Source: an uncultured bacterium (GTDB lineage: Bacteria; Bipolaricaulota; Bipolaricaulia; UBA7950; UBA9294). From it: 64,000 nt of DNA. Location of the stretch: contig CAIOGO010000006.1 of NCBI GenBank assembly GCA_903857865.1, positions 66,511 through 130,510 on the forward strand, read 5' to 3'. The translations under genes and the position numbers were made by a program. The notes under the pieces are model-generated. The model was given only the letters and a program-made list of their open reading frames with translations, did not search any database and was not told where the DNA came from. Shown here one piece after another: positions 58,221 through 64,000 of this stretch; the stretch's first letter is position 1; each line of letters starts with the position of its first letter.

Positions 58221-59469
58221 AGTGCCTCCTTCTAGCGATTTCGGTGCAACTTGGACGCGCCGTTTTGCGTCGCTCTGACGGCTCGCCCGGCTGACTACAG
58301 AACCTTTTCGGACTGAAGACCTCGGCAATCTTCGTTTCGCCGTCGACGATGGACCGCGCGACGAGGCGTGCGCTCGCTGCCCCCAATGCGAAACCCTTGT
58401 CGCCAAACCCGCACGCAGCGACGAGTCCCCGCGGCTCGGAGACCTCCCCTAGAACGGGCAGCAGATCGAGGCTGTAGGGTCGCACCCCGCAGAACATTCG
58501 AATCATCGACGTGCGGGACAGGACCGGGATGAATCGTTGCGCCCGTCGCACAATCCCAATGGCGGCTTCCAGCGCGCCCGTGTCGAGGCCGACATCACCA
58601 CGCACCCCCGACCGACCGATCAGGCAATTGCCGCTCCTCGTCTGCGAGAAGACGAGATGGATGTTGTAGCGCGCACTCAGATCGTCTCGCCGTGGCTCTG
58701 TCGGGCTCCCTTCAGTGCACTCCCCCTTGACCCGAACCCCCAAGGATGGAAGACACTCCGTAACGACCACGACACCGCGATCCCTCACGATCGGAATGCT
58801 GGCACCCGCCATGGCGGCGATCCGATCCGCCTCCGGCCCCGCCGCGTCGACCAAGACGTCACAATCCAAAGTGCCGGTCGCCGTCGCAACCCCGGCCACC
58901 GCGCCCTGGCTGACCCTCACGCCCGTGATCTCCGTGTGACGGTAGAATCGCGCTCCGAGTGCTTCGGCGGCCCGAGCGAGAGATCGACAGAGGAGGAACG
59001 GATTGAGTCGGGCGCTCGAGTGGCAATGGACGGCACCCGCCAAGTCGGGAGCGATGGAGCGGTCCAACTCGCCCAACCGCCGTGGAGGAATGAACTCGAC
59101 ATCCAACCCGGCCTGGCGTTGGACCTGAACCCGTTGCTGGGCCCATGGTACCTTGTCCTCATCTTCGATAAGCATGAGGCTGGAAGACGCCTCGAATTCG
59201 AAGTCCTCCCCAAGAGACTGACTCCATTCCTCATAGAGCGAACGGGACGCCATCGCAAGATCCCACGTGGGACCAGGCATTCGATTGTGCAGGGACAGAT
59301 TCCCCATCGTGGCTCCCGATGTCCCAGAAGCTGCGTCGCCACGGTCGACGAGACCCACATCGACGCCTTCTCGCGCGAGGAAGAGCGCAATCGCCGTCCC
59401 TACAACGCCAGCGCCGACCACGATCACATCATGCCCGTGCGACCGATTCATCGACCCGATCTCCCTCAC
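58207..59469 (-). CDS. FAD-dependent D-amino-acid oxidase-family oxidoreductase (SoxB/HcnC-like)
   Basis: VGAGVVG, ASGTSG, GVRPYS and GFGDKGF. Confidence 0.87.
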   Translation of the reverse strand: MREIGSMNRSHGHDVIVVGAGVVGTAIALFLAREGVDVGLVDRGDAASGTSGATMGNLSLHNRMPGPTWDLAMASRSLYEEWSQSLGEDFEFEASSSLMLIEDEDKVPWAQQRVQVQRQAGLDVEFIPPRRLGELDRSIAPDLAGAVHCHSSARLNPFLLCRSLARAAEALGARFYRHTEITGVRVSQGAVAGVATATGTLDCDVLVDAAGPEADRIAAMAGASIPIVRDRGVVVVTECLPSLGVRVKGECTEGSPTEPRRDDLSARYNIHLVFSQTRSGNCLIGRSGVRGDVGLDTGALEAAIGIVRRAQRFIPVLSRTSMIRMFCGVRPYSLDLLPVLGEVSEPRGLVAACGFGDKGFALGAASARLVARSIVDGETKIAEVFSPKRFCSQPGEPSERRKTARPSCTEIARRRHYGKE

Positions 59470-59472
59470 TAT

Positions 59473-60423
59473 CTAGAAGCCCTTCTCGCGATCTACAACT
59501 CCGTGCATCGTGGCACCACGCTGCCATCGATCCAGGTTGTCGAGGAAGAACGCGACCATCTCATCGGGAACACTGGGACCCGCATGATGAGGAGTGATGA
59601 TGACGTTCTCCATTTCCCACAGCGGACTATCCGGCGCAAGAGGCTCTTGCTCGAAGACGTCAAGAACCGCGCCCCCGATCACGCCACGTTGGAGCGCATC
59701 AATCAGATCCGCTTCCCGAACGACTCCGCCCCGTGCCGTGTTGATCAGTATGCTGTCAGCTCGCATCGCTTCGAACACCCCGAGGTCGAACAACCCTTCG
59801 GTCTGCGAAGTCAGCGGTAGGCTAATCGAGATGAACCTCGGGCGGGACACGAACTCCAACAGCTGCTGGAAGCCGTAGCACGTTTCGATCGCCGGGTCGT
59901 CCCTAGGAATCAGGTCGAATCCGATCACGTGCATGTCGAATGCGCGCGCCTTCCTGGCTATGGCGCCTCCGATAGCGCCCACCCCCGCGACTCCGAGCGT
60001 CTCGCCATACAACCACGAACAATCCAACGGTTCCCACCGTTTGGCTTGTTGGTGCCCGACCACATCCCTCATCCGCTGCGTCCTGGCGAGCATATAGCCC
60101 AACACATATTCGGAAATCTTCTCACCAAATCCAGTATTGACTCGCGTGAAAGCGATCGAGTCGGGAATCCTCATATCCTTCGCGAATCGCTCGACTCCAG
60201 CCCCCATCGCTTGGATCCACCGCACACGAGTCGCAAGCTGAACGTAGCGAGTCGGAAACTTGGTCGACACGAAAAGCACGTCGGCATCCTTGATCGAACG
60301 CGCCACGTCCGCCTCCGACTCGCAGACGAGCAGCCTCAGCTCGGGGGCCCGCTTGGTCAGCAAGTCCACATACGCAGCCGTTCTATCAGGATTGTAGATC
60401 AGTACGTTCACACGGGGACTCAA
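59473..60423 (-). CDS. D-2-hydroxyacid dehydrogenase
   Basis: GVGAIG, LINTARG, LDVFEQEP and ITPHHAG. Confidence 0.92.
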   Translation of the reverse strand: MSPRVNVLIYNPDRTAAYVDLLTKRAPELRLLVCESEADVARSIKDADVLFVSTKFPTRYVQLATRVRWIQAMGAGVERFAKDMRIPDSIAFTRVNTGFGEKISEYVLGYMLARTQRMRDVVGHQQAKRWEPLDCSWLYGETLGVAGVGAIGGAIARKARAFDMHVIGFDLIPRDDPAIETCYGFQQLLEFVSRPRFISISLPLTSQTEGLFDLGVFEAMRADSILINTARGGVVREADLIDALQRGVIGGAVLDVFEQEPLAPDSPLWEMENVIITPHHAGPSVPDEMVAFFLDNLDRWQRGATMHGVVDREKGF

Positions 60424-61559
60424 CTCACTCCCCCTCCTTGCTCTCTTCCCCCGCCTGCATACCGCTGAGGAGAGAACGCAGCCAACGACATCCCAGGTTC
60501 GTCGCCGCTCATCACTTCAGCCATGAGCTTCCCGATGTACGGACCAGCGACGTACCCTCCGAAACAGCTACTCGCCAGAAAAACGTTGCCATGCCCGGGG
60601 ATCGGCCCGAGGATGGGCAACTGGTCTTCCGTCCTCCCATCGAAGCCCGCCCACGTGCGAACCGCCTCGACATCAGCGAGCGCAGGGACCACACGAACGG
60701 CTGCCATGGCGTTCCCAACGACGCTCGCATAGCGGGGCAGTTTGATGTCCTTGTCCAGGTCCCCGTCCCCCGGCCATCCGCCTCCGATCAGGACGCTCCC
60801 GCATTCGACCTGCTTGAGAGTCAGGTTCCCCGACGCATGGGTGATCATGTGTTGGATGAGACGTGGCAATCGTGGCGTGACAATCATCTGGTTGATGCGC
60901 ATGTTGATCGGAAGTGAGACTCCGAGCCAGCCTGCGACTTGCTTCGTCCAGATGCCCGCCGCAATGAGGATCTTGCGGCAGCGGTACTCGTCCCCGGTCG
61001 TTCGCACCGTGATGTCTTGGTCCTTGTGAAGCTCCACGCCGACAACCGGAGTGTGAGCAACAATCCGGACGCCTCGCGCAGCTCCCGCCCCGGCAATCTG
61101 TTGCGTAGCGACACGAGCGTCCGCATATGAATCCCAGGCGCAGTAGTTGACCGACTTCAGCTCTCGCGAGAGGTACGGCGCCATTTCCCTCGCTTCGTCC
61201 ACCGACAGTCTGCGAACGCCGATCCCGTAGCGATTCCGCTCCTGGAGGTCGCGTTCCAGAAACTGCGCCTCCTGGTCAGTCTCTGCAACCCGGAAGCCTC
61301 CGGACTGCGTGAAACCAAGCCCACCGATCTCAGTCTCAAGCTCCCTCCAAGTCACAATGCCCCCCTTGCAGAGGGGAATGATGGGGTAGGGCTTGTTCTG
61401 CAGGGAGAGGCTCCCGGCGTTCCTGCCGGAAGCCTCATCCCCGACTGCCTTGCGATCGATGAGGACAACATCATGACCAAGCTCGTTCAGGTAGAACGCG
61501 GCGGAGACTCCCATGATTCCCGCCCCCACGACAACGCATTCCACTTCTGTTCGATGCAT
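60420..61559 (-). CDS. Second FAD-dependent DAO-family oxidoreductase
   Basis: VGAGIMG, EASGRNAG and RTWAG...DQLPILG. Confidence 0.87.
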   Translation of the reverse strand: MHRTEVECVVVGAGIMGVSAAFYLNELGHDVVLIDRKAVGDEASGRNAGSLSLQNKPYPIIPLCKGGIVTWRELETEIGGLGFTQSGGFRVAETDQEAQFLERDLQERNRYGIGVRRLSVDEAREMAPYLSRELKSVNYCAWDSYADARVATQQIAGAGAARGVRIVAHTPVVGVELHKDQDITVRTTGDEYRCRKILIAAGIWTKQVAGWLGVSLPINMRINQMIVTPRLPRLIQHMITHASGNLTLKQVECGSVLIGGGWPGDGDLDKDIKLPRYASVVGNAMAAVRVVPALADVEAVRTWAGFDGRTEDQLPILGPIPGHGNVFLASSCFGGYVAGPYIGKLMAEVMSGDEPGMSLAAFSPQRYAGGGREQGGGVS

Positions 61560-61631
61560 ACTCAAGCTGCTTTCCTCCTGGTCTCGCGGGGTCGGCCCCT
61601 CTCGACGTGCCCCAGAGAACGCCAGCACGCC

Positions 61632-62534
61632 CTACAGAACGCCGATCGACTGCAGGACAGAACGCAGCCGCTCCTGGTCTTCGGCGGAGAGCGGTTGGAT
61701 CGGACTTCGTGGGTATCCACCCGGGCGCCCGACGAGGTTCATCGCTGCTTTCAGGGCGGACGGGAACGTGCCAAGACCGTGCACAGCGTGGTCGAGCTGG
61801 ACCAGTCGGTATTGCAGCTTCCTTGCAGCCTCGACGTTGCCCGATGCACTTAGCCGATACAGATCAATGGCTGCTCTCCCGAGAATCTGAGTCTCCACAC
61901 TGCTCACGAAGCCGTCCGTTCCCATGACAACGCAGGGGAACCCCCGCGTTACTGAGTGCCCTGCGAAGACGCGGATCTTGTCTGCGCACAGTCGCACCGT
62001 TTCTACGACATCGTCGAAACTGCCGGAACTCTGCTTGACAGCAACGACGTTGTCGATCGAGCAGAGCTTCTCCAGCAACGCGGGGGACGTCGTCACTCCA
62101 ACTCGCTTGGGAATGTTATAGATGAGGATCGGTATGTCGGCCTCCCGAGAGACTCTGCGGTAGTGCTCAATGATTTCGCTCTCGTTCGGGAGGATGTAGA
62201 AGGGAGGTGTCACCATCACTCCGTCTGCACCCGCCGCCTTCGCCTTCTTGCTCAACTCGACGACCTTGTCTGTGAGCATGGCCAGCGTGCCGGCAATGAC
62301 GGGCACCCGCCCGCCGGCCACATCCACCGCCGTTCGATGAAGACGCGTTCGTTCCTCGTCGGACAACGCCCAGAACTCCCCCGTGCATCCGGTAACAACG
62401 AGCCCGTCTATCCCCTCAGAGATCAGCAACTCAATGTTCTTCTTGAACGCCGCTTCGTCAATCGCTCCGTCCTTCTTGAACGGCGTGACGATCGCGGTGA
62501 AGTTGCCCTGCCAGGTGACGTCATTGCGATTCAT
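61632..62534 (-). CDS. DHDPS/NAL-family aldolase or deaminase
   Basis: VTPF, GCTGE, YNIP and Schiff-base Lys in VKQSS. Confidence 0.9.
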   Translation of the reverse strand: MNRNDVTWQGNFTAIVTPFKKDGAIDEAAFKKNIELLISEGIDGLVVTGCTGEFWALSDEERTRLHRTAVDVAGGRVPVIAGTLAMLTDKVVELSKKAKAAGADGVMVTPPFYILPNESEIIEHYRRVSREADIPILIYNIPKRVGVTTSPALLEKLCSIDNVVAVKQSSGSFDDVVETVRLCADKIRVFAGHSVTRGFPCVVMGTDGFVSSVETQILGRAAIDLYRLSASGNVEAARKLQYRLVQLDHAVHGLGTFPSALKAAMNLVGRPGGYPRSPIQPLSAEDQERLRSVLQSIGVL

Positions 62535-62554
62535 GAACTACCTCCGTGGTCTGG

Positions 62555-63589
62555 TTACATCGGCTTCTCGACGAATGCCGCTCCTCCGAGCTCCTTCGTG
62601 TCGGCGAAGATGTAGGCAAGATGGTCCCCTTCAGAGACCGCATGCGATCCGTGCACACCGCCCGTGAAGGACCAGCAGTACCCATTGATCGGCATCTTGA
62701 CGTCCTGGATGACGTCTCCGTAGACATCGACGATCTCGACGGCCGTCTCGCCCTTGCGGATCAGTTCGCCGGGCTTCCTGCGGACGCACATCAAGCCGCC
62801 TCTCTGTGCGATCAGCCAGCCGTAGAATGTCAGATCCCCCTTAACCACGGTCTCGGTTTGCTTCTCCAGCGCTCCCTCAAGCATCCCCAGCTCTTTCATG
62901 ACGTTGCGGATGCCCCGCGCGCCGATTCTGTTGACCTCGTCCCACATGTAGATGTTCCCGGGGAGTTCGTGCGTGATGGATGGCTTCCCGTTCTGGGAGC
63001 ACACGTCCCGTATGCTGGTCGCCTGTTTGCGGGGCCAGTTGATCGTGGTCAATCCAAACGCTTTCGCCATGCGAACAACGTCCTTCTTGACCCGATCGTC
63101 CGGACACATCTCCAGATCCGTGAGAACGAAACCAATGGACGGCAGCGGATTCGCGTGGACGTCGATCACGTAGTCCGCCTTCTCCAACGCCGCGTTGATG
63201 CAGATTGCCATTCGTTGGGTGATGTTCGCCGTTGCCTTATCCACCGCCGGCAAGTACCAGGGACCCGAGAGGTTCTTCCCGTCGATCGGGGTCGTGTAGA
63301 CGCCGATCCTGAACGCCAACGGGTTCCCGCCGGGCACTGCGAGGAGTGCACCACGCAGCTTCTTCGGATCCATCGTCTTGACCAGTTCGTGAATGGCTCC
63401 GATTCCACTGATCTCCGTGCCGTGGATCGCTGCAATGACGGTGAGAACGGGGCCGTCCTCAGCTCCATTCACGATGATGACGGGGACGTGTGCTCGCGAC
63501 CCGTCCGCTAGTTCCACCGACCCCAACGAACCTTTCGCTATCTCACCAGGTTTTGCCTTCGCGTCGCCAACCGCCAGTACGCTTCTCAT
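62555..63589 (-). CDS. Succinylglutamate desuccinylase/aspartoacylase (AstE/AspA) family protein
   Basis: AAIHGTE, NPLAF, IDVH and THELP; C-terminal lipoyl-like hybrid domain. Confidence 0.87.
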   Translation of the reverse strand: MRSVLAVGDAKAKPGEIAKGSLGSVELADGSRAHVPVIIVNGAEDGPVLTVIAAIHGTEISGIGAIHELVKTMDPKKLRGALLAVPGGNPLAFRIGVYTTPIDGKNLSGPWYLPAVDKATANITQRMAICINAALEKADYVIDVHANPLPSIGFVLTDLEMCPDDRVKKDVVRMAKAFGLTTINWPRKQATSIRDVCSQNGKPSITHELPGNIYMWDEVNRIGARGIRNVMKELGMLEGALEKQTETVVKGDLTFYGWLIAQRGGLMCVRRKPGELIRKGETAVEIVDVYGDVIQDVKMPINGYCWSFTGGVHGSHAVSEGDHLAYIFADTKELGGAAFVEKPM

Positions 63590-64000
63590 TTCCTTGACCT
63601 CCGTCGATTGCCAGTCCCGCGCGTTCCTGCATCGCCCTGCATTCCATCTCTGGTGTTCATGCGTTCTCGGACTCCCCCACCTCCTTGCGTCCCCGTCTCA
63701 GAACGAATTCGGTACTTGCTCATCGTGCTCGGATCCAGTTCCACTCCCAACCCTTTGCCGGGCGGGACTCTCACGACACCATCTACGACGTCAATGGGTG
63801 ACGTAGTGACCTTCCTGCGAAGCGGAGTCTGCAGGGTGCAGAACTCCACATACGGGATGTCCGGCATGCACGAGACCAGATGCATGGTCGCACTCAACAA
63901 GATGTCGCTGCTCCAGCAGTGCGGGATGCATGTGACCCCGTACGTTCGCGCCATGTCGACGATCTTCTTCACTTCGGTAATTCCGCCCGCACGCGCAATG
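63586..64000 (-). CDS. Mandelate racemase/muconate lactonizing enzyme family protein, C-terminal part
   Basis: GGITEVKKI...PHCW...E...PPGKGLGVELD; 5' end lies outside the window. Confidence 0.8.
   Translation of the reverse strand, partial: IARAGGITEVKKIVDMARTYGVTCIPHCWSSDILLSATMHLVSCMPDIPYVEFCTLQTPLRRKVTTSPIDVVDGVVRVPPGKGLGVELDPSTMSKYRIRSETGTQGGGGVRERMNTRDGMQGDAGTRGTGNRRRSRK

Noticed and set aside
53595..61559. Hydrogen cyanide synthase (hcnABC)
   Set aside because: Same families, but the extra ferredoxin and BFD subunits, two beta-type genes and catabolic neighbours favour an amino-acid dehydrogenase

Overview
GC-rich bacterial DNA from a probable anaerobe. Gene content (Nfn, glycyl-radical enzyme, THEP1 NTPase, tRNA-Arg(GCG), PKD lipoproteins, S-layer-like paralogues) suggests Candidatus Bipolaricaulota/Acetothermia or a related deep-branching lineage; this is inference only. 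Five blocks are visible. (1) 2.8-16.6 kb is a cell-envelope locus: two ~1000-aa paralogous secreted proteins, each with repeated Ig-like ETGxxTGxF domains and a T9SS type-A/FlgD-like C-terminal domain, flank a PorV-like beta-barrel gene and are followed by PKD lipoproteins. This is a candidate minimal T9SS-like surface-layer export system and the most interesting item in the window. (2) 16.7-17.6 kb holds tRNA-Ser(CGA), tRNA-Arg(GCG), decayed tRNA copies and a double-hairpin repeat family, conserved in structure rather than sequence, that recurs at 3.6, 47.8 and 49.5 kb. (3) 21.0-25.8 kb is an hpdBCA (4-hydroxyphenylacetate decarboxylase) operon with a 1-nt frameshift in hpdB, bracketed by two related hairpin tandem arrays. 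(4) 25.8-51.7 kb is mostly housekeeping (coaE, nadE, yidD, trxB, nfnAB, dinB, transaldolase, lpdA, pckA), and several genes look leaderless. (5) 52-64 kb is a lower-GC catabolic operon for an unknown amino-acid derivative. All calls come from motif recognition by eye; no searches were run. Start codons were adjusted from the ORF track using SD motifs and signal peptides.
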